64,000 nucleotides of DNA from a candidate division FCPU426 bacterium (GTDB lineage Bacteria > Oederibacteriota > Muellerivitia > Muellerivitales > Muellerivitaceae), in contig CAVYSE010000003.1 in the NCBI GenBank assembly GCA_963771075.1, forward strand, positions 32,001 through 96,000. Direction: 5' to 3'. The notes under the pieces are model-generated. The model worked only from the letters and a program-made list of their open reading frames with translations. It ran no database searches and was not told where the DNA came from. Both the position numbers and the translations under genes were made by a program. This document shows positions 32,870 to 43,870 of this stretch, piece after piece. Within the stretch, counting starts at the first letter, position 1, and each line of letters begins with the position of its first letter.

Positions 32870-33134
32870 TCTTCAACCGTTAAGTTTACGGTTAACTCTC
32901 CCCTTTATGTTTTTCAGGAATCTCCTGGGCGAAAATCGTTATTAGAATTGGAAATTCTAGTTTTAACATCTAGACGGTCAGCCCGTCTTTCCATCCAATT
33001 CCTTAGTTAAATTTTACATCTACTTTATTCAATACTTTTAAAATTTTTCATAATATTTTTATAAAGTTGCCTCAAAAAAGCCCCCTATTTCCTTAGGAAA
33101 TTAACGTTTTCCTGCCTTTAGGGAAATCTTCCCT

Positions 33135-34385
33135 ATGTTATCATCTTTAAAATTTATCTACTCATTTGGGAAATCCATGCAATTAAAAAAAACTTTTTTC
33201 TTTCACCTCTTTTTATTGTCGGTCACATTGGCTCATGCCGATTTTGGGTGTCATTTCATCATTAATAAAATTGTTCAACAGGCCCTGGATAACCCGGAAA
33301 CAAAGATCTCTTTTCGTTTTACCTGCCGGGAAGATATGGATTTAATTGGCGTTTCATTTTGCGTTGGTGACGCTCGTAAACCGCCCTCTTACTTAGTCAC
33401 GATCCATGAGGATTCAAAAGGATTTCCGGTTTCACAGGCATTGACTTCTGCAGCCATTACCCCAAAAGCGCATAGTTGGGCCAGCTTGCCCATGGATAAT
33501 CTGCCCCTGCAAGGCGGGCGAGTTTATCACCTTGTCATCGAGCAGGATTCACTTCGCGGGGGAATGCATCCCGTTGGGATCATCGGCCCAGATCATTACG
33601 CGTCGGTATCCTTTAGTGATGTACTCAACGCCTTCGACCCGAGAAATGAGACATTCGATCCCAATTTAAACGTCTTGCTTTATCAAAATAACAAGTGGCA
33701 AGCTCTAGATCGCCAGCCTCTTTACGCCCTTCACGGTACCGGGTCCCGCTTTCAAGGCGATCCTTATGATGAATATGGAGAGTTGGCAATTCACGGAAAT
33801 GGTACACCCAATGAACGTCCTGACGACATTATTCAAGGCGAGGCATTGCATCCCCATTATGGTTTCACCGGAACCGGGTTAGCGGTACGGCTACGCAAGG
33901 TCGGCCACCCTACCCTTCCGTTAAACTACGGCGTCTTCATAATCGACTACCTGCACCACAAAGCCGTCCCCTCTTTCTCTGGAGAAGCTCTAAACCCGGA
34001 TCAAGTGTCGACGACCTATCAATGGGTCACGATTGGATTTCATTCGAAGGACAATCCCAAATCCTTTCCGCCACAGGGCCAATGCGTCGTTTTTCAAACA
34101 GACTCCGGAAAGGCGGTTTCCGAATCTCCGGGTTGCATGGATTGTTACGTCATTTCCGAAGTGGGAAACTCCGGAGGACTCGCCTCCGCCGCGGATTTGA
34201 GCTTTGATGGTGGCGCCCACTTATCCCGGGAAGTCCATTCCAGCGACGGATGGTCAACCTGGACGGATGAATTTGAACGCGACGCCAATATAGTCATCTT
34301 GGGGCCCTCCCAGCCCCCACTATCCGAAAACACGCCCGGTCCCATACCCACCCCCGACCTTTGGTTTCAAGGGTTGACCCCATGA
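33135..34385 (+). CDS. Hypothetical exported beta-rich protein (start may be 33177)
   Basis: Signal peptide ending LAHA; beta-strand-rich sequence; PIPTP tail; ATGA overlap with next gene. Confidence 0.6.
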   Translation: MLSSLKFIYSFGKSMQLKKTFFFHLFLLSVTLAHADFGCHFIINKIVQQALDNPETKISFRFTCREDMDLIGVSFCVGDARKPPSYLVTIHEDSKGFPVSQALTSAAITPKAHSWASLPMDNLPLQGGRVYHLVIEQDSLRGGMHPVGIIGPDHYASVSFSDVLNAFDPRNETFDPNLNVLLYQNNKWQALDRQPLYALHGTGSRFQGDPYDEYGELAIHGNGTPNERPDDIIQGEALHPHYGFTGTGLAVRLRKVGHPTLPLNYGVFIIDYLHHKAVPSFSGEALNPDQVSTTYQWVTIGFHSKDNPKSFPPQGQCVVFQTDSGKAVSESPGCMDCYVISEVGNSGGLASAADLSFDGGAHLSREVHSSDGWSTWTDEFERDANIVILGPSQPPLSENTPGPIPTPDLWFQGLTP

Positions 34386-35551
34386 AATTTTCTGTAATGA
34401 GAATCCATTGGCATCCCAAAATTCTGTTTCACCTTGTTTTCCCATTTCTTTTGATACGTTTTAGCCTCTCCCCTTTGTGGGCCGAGCAAATCCTGGATGT
34501 CGCCGACCCCCTCTCCGTCGCGAAAAACCAAGCCTACCTGGCGGTAAACCAAGGACATCTAAATGACGCACTGGCCCTTGAAGCGAAAGCGAGAAAAATT
34601 GCGGAAGATCGTTGGGGGCCAACTCACCCTTCCCTCTCACCCATTCTCTCCGACATTGCCACAATTGACCGGCACCTGGGATTATTCACGGATGCCGAGG
34701 CCTCACTGAACTGGGCTTTGGCCCTTCGTGTTAGGGCGTATGGTATGGATAACCCTCTCGTAGCAGAGTCACTAAACCAGCTTTCATCCCTTTATTGCGA
34801 TTGGGGCCGGTGGAAAGACGCGGAATATTTTTCCAATCGCGCCCGCATTATTCTAGAAAAACACAAAAATCCACTGAGGAGTCTTTACGCTACTTCGCTC
34901 AACAAGCTAGGCGAAATTCAATTGGCACTCGGCCAAATATCCTCCTCTCTCCATTGGCTTGAGCAAAGCCAAACCTTCCAGGAAGAAAAACCCAATCCAG
35001 ATGCGGGCGTCTACATTCAAACCCTCACGCTTCTCTCGAAAGCCCACCTGCTTAACCACCATTTGCCGGAGGCGCAATCCTTCCTAGAAAAGGCCCTCGA
35101 AACCACCCAAAAAAGGTTTCCCAGTGATTCGATTGAAGTCGCTGACGCCCTTGAAAACCTGGGGTCCTATTTACAGGCTCAAAACCAGTCCCAGTCAGCT
35201 GATCCCCTGTTGGATTCCGCTCTTAAAATCTATGGCCGTTTCATGGGTGATTATTTCGGGTACAGCAATTTGCCTTATGCTTTCAGGCTCGCAAGGGCTT
35301 GCCAATCGGTGGGAAACGATAAAAAGGCTCTCGATCTTTTAACTCACTGCTTGGAAACACAAAAGGAAATTTACGGGGAAAAAAGCCTTCAGGTCGCTCT
35401 GACCCTTTTGGATAAGGCGAAGGTAGAAAAAAAGCTCAACGAAGAACCGCTTTTTATCAAGGATGCCGACGAGGGTTTGAACCTTTTGGAAACCTATTTC
35501 AACTCAGAAAATACATTGATCAAAAAAGCCCGTCTTCTTAGGCATTCATGA
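34382..35551 (+). CDS. Exported TPR protein (kinesin-light-chain-type 42-aa repeats)
   Basis: GPTHPSL, GMDNPLVAESLNQL and SIEVADALENLG repeats after a signal-like segment. Confidence 0.8.
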   Translation: MKFSVMRIHWHPKILFHLVFPFLLIRFSLSPLWAEQILDVADPLSVAKNQAYLAVNQGHLNDALALEAKARKIAEDRWGPTHPSLSPILSDIATIDRHLGLFTDAEASLNWALALRVRAYGMDNPLVAESLNQLSSLYCDWGRWKDAEYFSNRARIILEKHKNPLRSLYATSLNKLGEIQLALGQISSSLHWLEQSQTFQEEKPNPDAGVYIQTLTLLSKAHLLNHHLPEAQSFLEKALETTQKRFPSDSIEVADALENLGSYLQAQNQSQSADPLLDSALKIYGRFMGDYFGYSNLPYAFRLARACQSVGNDKKALDLLTHCLETQKEIYGEKSLQVALTLLDKAKVEKKLNEEPLFIKDADEGLNLLETYFNSENTLIKKARLLRHS

Positions 35552-37482
35552 GTTTCGATTTAAATGTTTCAGCGCGCCAATCTTCCCCCAAAGAACCCAC
35601 TCCAAAAATTCATTTCCCCGCATCAGGACAAGGCTATTGGGCCTTCGCCTTCGCGGCTTGTTTCCTGCTTCTGATCCTTTTGGGGACGAGAAAAATAGAA
35701 TCCTACGACCTGGGCACCCATCTGAAATCAGGTTCCTGGATTGTTCAAAATCACGCTTTCCCATCAAAAGACACCTTCACTTATACGCAGAACACCCAGG
35801 ATTACCTGGATTCCAACGGACTCTATCAAATCCTTCTTTATTCCCTTCAAACCCTGGGTGGTTATCCCGCCCTGACCTTGATGAACATCGCGGTATTTAT
35901 CGCAGTCTTCGGGATTTTAGCCTGGCGCCTTCTCTTGTCGGGCGCAAACCCGCCTTGGGCCTGTCTTTTCTTTTTCGTAGCTATTTTAGTGATGGAACGT
36001 CGCTTTTTTGTCCGGCCCGAGCTTTTCTCCTGGCTTTTCCTTTCGCTTACTCTACTGATACTCGAATACCGGGAAAAAGGCAGGAATTACCTTTATTTAC
36101 TGCCCCTGATCCAGCTTTTCTGGGTCAATATGGAAGGCCTGTTTGTCTTAGGCTGGGCTCCGATAGTCACTCAAGCCGCAAGAGGATATCTTCAACGCCG
36201 GAAACTGGACAAAGCCCTGATCCACGCAAGTTTTTTGTGCCTCGGAGCGGATTTGTTGAACCCATATTTTTTCAAGGGAGTCGCCTTTCCATTCATCCTA
36301 TGGTCCCGTCTTCAGGGTTCCAATCTTCATAAACAAAACATTTCCGAATTGGCCTCGCCGATTCAGTCCTTTTTCTACTTAACCCATCATCACGATTCCG
36401 CCTTGCATCTTTATCTTTTCTTTTTCCTGGTGGCGACCGTGGCCATCTTGTTGGTTGCGACCTTTAAAAAAAGAAACCTCAACGAAATCACACTTGTCGT
36501 CATTTTCGGGATTCTTGCTTTTAGCGCAATTCGGAACATCCCATTTTTTGTCTTGGTCTCCGTCCCATTGATTCCGGTTATGCTCCAAGACCGCCTTCGA
36601 GGCCGCGAGGAACCCTTTTTCAGGCAAAAATCCCTTCCAATATTGTCGATTATCCTAATTCTCTTACTCTGCGCGAGAGTCGTAACCAACGCCTACTATA
36701 TTTCCGACCGGAGAGTGGATCGATTTGGCTTGGGCTTGGGTGAATATTGTCTTCCAGTAAAAGCGGCGACCTTTTTAAATCTGAATCATCTGGACCAGCG
36801 GATTTTAAACACACTGAACGATGGAGGATGGCTGAATTGGCAGGCTCCCCAACTAAGTTTCATTGATGGCCGTTCAGAAGTGATGTCCGATGATTTCTAC
36901 GCGGAATATTTGGAAAGTCAGGCGCCCGGAGGTCTTTCGCACCTCGTGGCACGCTATCAACCACAATTGATCCTGGTGGATTACAACACCCATAATACCT
37001 GGGTGGATCAACTCCGGGGTTCCAGCGATTGGCGCCTGATCTATTTAGATGACTGTTCTGCCCTTTACGCCGCCAAAGACTACGCCCTCCAGTTACCCAC
37101 TTTCGATTTCACGAACCTGCTTTCGAATTACGAAATCCCTTTTATTCTCGAGGAAGACATGCTTTCCATCGTAAGTCAAGGGAATCCCCATCCATTCAAT
37201 TATTGGGTCAGCGGTTTCTTTAAGCCACAAACCTATCCCTTGGGCCTTTCCAATCTCGGCCTTTTCGCCCTGAAATACGGCCAATACCCGGTCGCACGGA
37301 TGTTTTTTTTGCGGTGCCTTCAATTGGCCGGGGGACATTATGAAGAAATCTTTTTCAATTTAGGGATTTCAAATCTGCATTTAGGAAATTTCGAATTGGG
37401 CCGTCTTTGTCTTCAGCAAGCCTTCAAACTAGACCCATCCAATCCGGAAACCCGCAGGATGTTAAGCCATTTTTCCCAGTGA
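35548..37482 (+). CDS. Polytopic membrane protein with C-terminal TPR, putative GT-C-fold glycosyltransferase
   Basis: About 11 TM segments; D.GTHL.SG.WI...P..D.F.YT loop after TM1, RPELFS, WVNMEG, GGWL.W, FIDGR motifs; final TPR. Confidence 0.55.
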   Translation: MSFDLNVSARQSSPKEPTPKIHFPASGQGYWAFAFAACFLLLILLGTRKIESYDLGTHLKSGSWIVQNHAFPSKDTFTYTQNTQDYLDSNGLYQILLYSLQTLGGYPALTLMNIAVFIAVFGILAWRLLLSGANPPWACLFFFVAILVMERRFFVRPELFSWLFLSLTLLILEYREKGRNYLYLLPLIQLFWVNMEGLFVLGWAPIVTQAARGYLQRRKLDKALIHASFLCLGADLLNPYFFKGVAFPFILWSRLQGSNLHKQNISELASPIQSFFYLTHHHDSALHLYLFFFLVATVAILLVATFKKRNLNEITLVVIFGILAFSAIRNIPFFVLVSVPLIPVMLQDRLRGREEPFFRQKSLPILSIILILLLCARVVTNAYYISDRRVDRFGLGLGEYCLPVKAATFLNLNHLDQRILNTLNDGGWLNWQAPQLSFIDGRSEVMSDDFYAEYLESQAPGGLSHLVARYQPQLILVDYNTHNTWVDQLRGSSDWRLIYLDDCSALYAAKDYALQLPTFDFTNLLSNYEIPFILEEDMLSIVSQGNPHPFNYWVSGFFKPQTYPLGLSNLGLFALKYGQYPVARMFFLRCLQLAGGHYEEIFFNLGISNLHLGNFELGRLCLQQAFKLDPSNPETRRMLSHFSQ

Positions 37483-37494
37483 TCCAGGAAAGGC

Positions 37495-40400
37495 CTATCG
37501 AACCACGACGATCTTGAGGGCCTTGTGGCCCACCAGGCCGCCTTGGACGTTGTAGGCGTCCACCGCCATGAAATAAACCCCGCTCGCCAGTCCCGCCGCG
37601 TCGCAAGTGGCCATGTTGGAACCTGCCGGACCCGTGACCTCCCTCCTCACCAGTTCCCCAGCCGCATCATAGACCCGGAAGGCCAGGGTCAGGCTTTCCC
37701 CTGAATCCGACACCACCTGGACACTGTATCCCGTCCCCGCGTTCAACAGGTTCGGCCTCGCCGTCAGGTTCCCCATCCCCGCGTTCGCGTTATCCGACAT
37801 CACCATCACATGCCCCGTCATCACCGTCTCCCCGCCCTGGCCATCCTGTGCCGAACCGAGATGAAATACTGCCCCGACGCCACCACCGCCCCATTGTCCC
37901 CCGTACCGTCCCACACGATCGTCGTCCCGTTGTTGAGCGTGATCGTTACATTGGTCGGAATCGTCCCCGCCGGCGTCCCGCTCGTCGGCTCGAACCTGTC
38001 GTCGACAGTCCCAACTGCGTCGCGTTGTTGACACCGGGTTGCTCGTATAGGAATAGAGGTTCTTCACCACCTCTCCCGCCTCGTTGTAGATCTTCACCGC
38101 CACCTTGTACACCGCCCGGTTCACCACCACCGGTTCCGTCACGCTCGTGTCCACTCCCATCCTACTGATGCTGTCCACCTTCACGAAATACTGCCCGTTC
38201 ACCGCCGGGTTCCCCGTCGAGTCCATCCCGTTCCATGTCCCGATCGGCACCCCATCGAAATAGATCGTCGTCGGGCTTCCCGTCCCGCTTACTGCCGTGA
38301 TCGCGTTGGACTCAGGCTGAGCCGTTGATCACCTGCGAATAGTGGCTCACCGGCATCGACTGGATCAGTTCCCCCGCCTCGTTATACACCCCGATCTTCA
38401 CCGTGTATTGCCCCGTCGTTTGTACACTCGCGCAAGAGGACGCCGCGGCCCCTCCCGTATAGTTCATTACCGCACAGTTTTGGATATCCATCCTCCCGGA
38501 ACCAGGGGGTTCACCATTACCTGGTAGGTCATCTGGTACTGAGCCGGGCCCAGGGGCGAGGGCATCTGCCAGGTCAACACCGAGGTCGCCTGGTTGTAGG
38601 ACGCGGTCACTCCCGCGGGCGTATAGCTAAACGATTCGAAGATCACATTGGCCGGCAAGGGGTCGGTCACCACCACGTTCGTCACGCTGTTCCCCACCAC
38701 GTTCAACGTGAGGGTATAAATCACCGCCCCTCCCCCGCCCGTGCTGGAGGAGGAAGCCTGTTTGCTCAAGGACGCCAATCCCGTCGGGGTCGGGGTTGCC
38801 GTAGCCGTGGGGGTTGCTGTCACCGTCATGCTCGGGGTCGGAGTGGAGGTACGCGTGGGAGTGGAGGTATGGGTTGAGGTCGGGGTTGGGCTGGGTGTTC
38901 CACTGGGGGTAGCCGTCGGGCTATTCGTGGGGGTGCGGGTATTCGTCGGGGTGCCGGTGCTGGTCGCCGTGTGGGTCGGGGTGCCGCTATTGGTCGAGGT
39001 CGGGGTGAACGTAGGCGTCGCGGTCACGGTAAAGGTGCGGGTGTCCGTCGGAGTCAACGACCAGGTGGGGGTATTCGTGGCCGTAAAGGTATTGCTCGGC
39101 GTATAGCTGTTCGTCGGTGTCATCGTGGATGTGTGTGTGTGGGTTGAAAGGGCTGTAATGGAAGCGGTTGGTGTGGCAGTGATTGTGTACGTGTTTGTGA
39201 TTGTGGGGCTGTATTGGAATGTTGGGGTCCAGGTAGGTGACTGAGTCCTGGTTGAGGAGTAAGTGGCGGTCGGGCTGTTCGAGGCCGTTGGGCTGTTCGT
39301 CGCTGTGAAGCTGTTTGTTGGAGTAAAGGTGGGCGTAACCGTATTGGTATTCGTGGGAGTCTGAGTATGGGTGGGCGTATAGGTGGCCGTGTAGGTATTC
39401 GTGGAAGTGGGGGTGAAAGTAATGGTGAAGGTGGAGGTGGGGGTGGGGGTATCCGTAATGGTCGGGCTGTATTGGAAGGTGTGGGTCCAAGTCGGGGACA
39501 AGGTGATGGTATAGGTCGAGGTAATGGTAGCAGTGTTGGTCGGGGTGTGGGTGAAGGTAGGAGTGGCGGTAATGGTCGGGGTGTTCGTTTGGGTAAGTGT
39601 GTTGGTTGAGGTGGAGGTGTTCGTGGTCGTGACTGTGGGCGTAATGGACAAGGTGTTGGTTGACGTCATGGTTAGGGTCAAGGTAGCAGTCACCGTGGGG
39701 GTATTGGTAAGGGTCAGGGTGTTAGTTTGGGTCGGGGTGACAGTCAGGGTACGGGTCAAGGTCGCGGTGGGGGTGGGTGTCACCGTCAAAGTATTCGTGG
39801 GGGTCGCCGTCAACGTAAAGGTATTCGTCAGGGTCAAGGTCGGGGTCACCGTGGGCGTATTGGTGGGTGTGCGGGTGGAGGTGTTGGTCGGGGTTGAGGT
39901 CGTTGTAGGCGTATTCGTGGAGGTCGGAGTCAGTGTGGTCGTGGGCGTAGGAGTAGGGGTGGGCGTGTTGGTGCGAGTATTGGTTGGGGTAGGAGTATTC
40001 GTGGGAGTGGGAGTAGGCGTATTGGTAGGAGTTAACGTGGGTGTGGGTGTGTTGGTGTAAGTTCGAGTGGGTGTCACGGTTGGCGTCAATGTGGGTGTGG
40101 CGGTGTTGGTGGGGGTCGGTGTGGGCGTTGGCGTATTGGTAGGGGTAAAAGTCGGAGTAACCGTGGGTGTGTTGGTGGGAGTCGGGGTCGGGGTATTCGT
40201 CGGTGTAAGAGTGGGGGTAGGGGTAGAAGTTGGTGTATTGGTCGGTGTATGAGTGGGTGTAACCGTGGGGGTCATCGTGGGAGTGGGCGTGGGTGTATTG
40301 GTATGGGTCAAAGTCGGAGTTGGAGTATTGGTAGGGGTATTAGTTGGGGTCACAGTGGGTGTTTTCGTTGGTGTATTCGTTGGTGTTGGAGTGTTAGTGG

Positions 40401-43400
40401 GTGTGGGTGTGGGTGTATTGGTCGGGGTCATGGTGGGAGTCGGCGTGTTCGTTGGAGTGGGGGTAGGTGTATGTGTGGGTGTATTGGTGGGTGTATTGGT
40501 CGGAGTCGGAGTCGGCGTATTGGTTGGTGTCATTGTGGGAGTTGGAGTGTTGGTTGGGGTTGGGGTGGGTGTGGGTGTATAGGTGTTCGGGGGTGTCGGC
40601 GTCGGCGTGGGTGTTCGGGTGGGGGTGGGGGTAGGCGTTGGTGTATTGGTCGGGGTAGGTGTAGGAGTGGGTGTATTGGTCGGTGTAGGAGTCGGCGTAT
40701 TGGTCGGCGTCGGTGTAGGAGTTTTGGTCGGGGTCGGAGTAGGAGTGGGAGTATTTGTGGGTGTGGGGGTAGGCGTGTTGGTCGGGGTTGGGGTGGGGGT
40801 CGGAGTGTTAGTAGGGGTAGGAGTGGGAGTAGGAGTTTTAGTTGGTGTCGGGGTAGGAGTCGGTGTATTAGTCGGGGTTGGAGTGGGAGTGGGTGTGTTA
40901 GTTGGGGTAGGTGTAGGCGTCGGGGTGATCGTCGGGGTGGGGGTAGGGGTTGGGGTACGAGTCGGGGTGGGTGTGGGAGTGGGCGTGTTAGTAGGAGTGG
41001 GGGTCGGGGTTGGGGTATTGGTGGGCGTGGGGGTTCGGGTGGGGGTCGGTGTGGGAGTACGGGTAGGGGTTGGTGTCGGAGTAGGGGTAAAGGTGGGATT
41101 ACAAACACCATGCCAAGCAAAAGATTTGAATAGATCGTTCGGGCAACCATGGTCACTGATGCCCACAAGTCCCGATGAATAAGTCGAATCCGTGAAGGTC
41201 GTGCCAAAGGTATAAGAACCCTGGGCGGCGCCAATGGAGACAATGAAGCTGTTCCCACTGACGATCAATTGGATCCATACCGAGGTTGGACACATGGCGC
41301 ACATGGCGCTGTTGGCAGGCAGGTCCACCGTTTGGGTTTTAGTAACGTTTCCGGTACCCGTGCTGGCGGCCCCATACACGTTGAAAGTCAGAGTGCTATC
41401 CGCGTTTGCGCAATTGTCCCCGTCAAATTGAATTTCATACCCCGCGCCCGTGGAGGGGTTCACGTCCCACATGATGCCCCCCTCGTTCGGAGATTGATGC
41501 ACGTTATTTTGGCAATAATTCACCACCATGGTCCCGGGGCCGCTGGCGACCTGGGTGTTCAGCAGCTGGTTGTTTTCATCCAAACACGAGGAATAAACGC
41601 CGCCTACGAACGAAACACCGTTGGTACCTTCACCCCAAGTACCTTGGTCGGGCGGTGCAGCCCCCACCATCCAGCCAGGAGGAGTACCAGGAACCGACTG
41701 ATTGAAAGTCTGACTCACCGAACATTGTTGGGTCGGGTTACATTGGTATTGGGCCACGACCGCCTGTTGCCAATAGCTGCTTTTGGCCGTTAAAGGTGGA
41801 GCCGGGTCTAACCCCCACTCAAAACTCTGACCATTGTTGCTGAAGGCGCTAGTGGGCGGGTAATAATCCCTAGATATTTCATCAGGACCGCTTCCGACTT
41901 TACAATTCAAGGCGCCTGGAGGGCCGCTCCATACGGCTGGAGACCCTTCGTTACCCCCGTATTGTGAACCATTTGACGCCGGTGGATGGTTGGGGCCCGA
42001 TCCGTTGGTTTCGATCTGGTCCATGAATCCATTGGTACTGCCGGTACACTCCTGGGCGCCGCCAAGAGCGGAAAAACGCGTCGAGTAGGAACCGCAACTC
42101 ATGCCCAGGCAGGTCCAATTCAAGTTGGTGTCATAGGGGGGATAACCATATGCTATTTGGCCGTTTTCTTCATAATGCCATGCGCTCTCCCCATCCGAGA
42201 TGGCCACGACATTATTGGAGGTTTCCGCCGGATTTTTGTAAAGCACCATCAGCCCCAATCCCTGGCATGAATCGCCGACGGCGGAGGTGTTAACGGTATT
42301 GGCGCCCGTGTTAAGGGAACCGGGACTAATTCCATAACGAATGCTGTACCAGGTCTGGGTCCATCCGACATAGGAAACCGCACCCGTATTTGTTCCAGTG
42401 CCTGTCCCGTTTCCATTGATCGTGATTTGAGTCGTATTAGGAGCAACATCAGCACCACCGTTGTTGTATTCCACATATAGGAAGGCCGTGACGGCTGTTG
42501 ATCCTGCGGGAAGAGTTACGTTCAAGGGTTGGCCGCACTGGGCAGAGACCATGGTGTAATCTAACCCGGTACCCTGGGCCACTAAACTTTGCTGTTGGGA
42601 ATAGGCGCTCGGTTGGCTCGCGCCGCAATTGGTGAAGGTAATCCCGCTGACCGTCACGGGCTGCATGGGGGCAGGTGTTTGGGTGATGGTGGGGGTCGCG
42701 GTATGGGGTCCGGGAGTGTTGGTGGGCCCGGTCCCATTAAATTGGTTGGTGGTCGTATAGGTCGTTCCGCAGGAACCCACGCTCAAAGGTCCAATGGTTG
42801 TGGATTGCCCACAGGCGTTCGTTACGTCGAAATAAAATGGCCCTCCGGAGTTTCCGTTCAGGCCACCGCTGGTGAGTCCCCAATACTCATCCCCACCCAC
42901 GCCGTTCGCACCCAATGTAAGAGCCGTGTAGGTGCCATTGGAGGTAGAGGAGACACTGACAGACGTGATGGGAATATTCATGTCCAAAAACTGGATGGGA
43001 TCGTAACTTGCGCTGCAACCTGACTTCCATTCATACATGATGTCACCGGAGGGGTCCCCGGTCATCATGCTCAAAGGACACTGGATGAAATGCCAGTCGA
43101 TATTTGCGATACCCGCTGGAGCATTTCCCGTCAATGTGTTCCAGGCAGTGGGGCCCAAATCCAGTTGGTTTGCGGTGGAACAACTCGGACAGTTGTCCAC
43201 CACCATGACCGTGACGGAACCGCCCGTCGTTATATCCAACGCGTCGATGCAAGCCCCGCAGGCCATACCGTTCTGGTAATCAGCGCTGATGATGGCGGCG
43301 TAATAATTCGGATCGTAGGTCCCACTCGGAAAACCGCAATTGCCCGTACCCGGGGATAGGGGCCCGTAGGTAGTCGCGATGGATGTATAGGTGGTGGGTG

Positions 43401-43578
43401 AACTGGAACAAATGACGGCCGAACCAAGAACTTGGGCGTAAGAATACGTTACCGGTAGAATTCCGATAATAAGTGAAGTAATAAATATTTTTGCGCTTCG
43501 ATTGTCGTTAAAATTAACCAACAATCGACGCTCATGAAAACATGATAACGTTTTCAGGAACTTCAGTAACGAATTCAC
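37495..43578 (-). CDS. Giant secreted expansin-like Pro/Thr-stalk protein, copy 2 (several 1-bp deletions in 37850-38490; error or pseudogenisation)
   Basis: Same domain order as 26786-32869; ORF 38467-43578 plus fragments to the KIVVVR stop at 37495. Confidence 0.8.
37499..39128 (-). repeat. Direct repeat A2 (copy of 26790-28427)
   Basis: Near-identical DNA at an offset of about 10.7 kb. Confidence 0.9.
38783..41095 (-). repeat. Coding low-complexity Pro/Thr repeat, copy 2
   Basis: (TPTPTNTP)n-type translation over about 770 aa. Confidence 0.95.
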
Positions 43579-43870
43579 GTACTGCTCCCCTATGAATCCC
43601 TGACGAAGTTAGTCAACCTGCTGGTTTTGAAATTGTTGTTTTGGCGTGGAATTAATTAGTTCGCAGGTTCCGACTTCTTCTACCTATAAGCTACCATGAT
43701 TTGCGTCATAAATGTATGTTTCCCGACAATTTTTTTCACATTTTGGGTAATAAAATCGCTTCAATCGTCAATAAAAAGCCTTGTTTTGCCGCCATTTAAT
43801 GAAATAGGGCTAAAAGAGGGTATAAAAACTTCCAAAAACGGAGAATAAACGGCTTAAAACCAATTTACAG

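Noticed and set aside
26790..39128. Diversity-generating retroelement TR/VR pair
   Set aside because: Differences are not adenine-specific, the repeat is ~1.6 kb and no reverse transcriptase is in the window
28038..41182. Plus-strand Val/Gly-rich ORFs (VGVGVG...)
   Set aside because: Antisense shadows of the Thr/Pro codons of the giant genes
26786..43578. Composite transposon or genomic island bounded by direct repeats
   Set aside because: Repeats are coding ends of paralogs; no transposase, integrase, terminal inverted repeats or att sites seen
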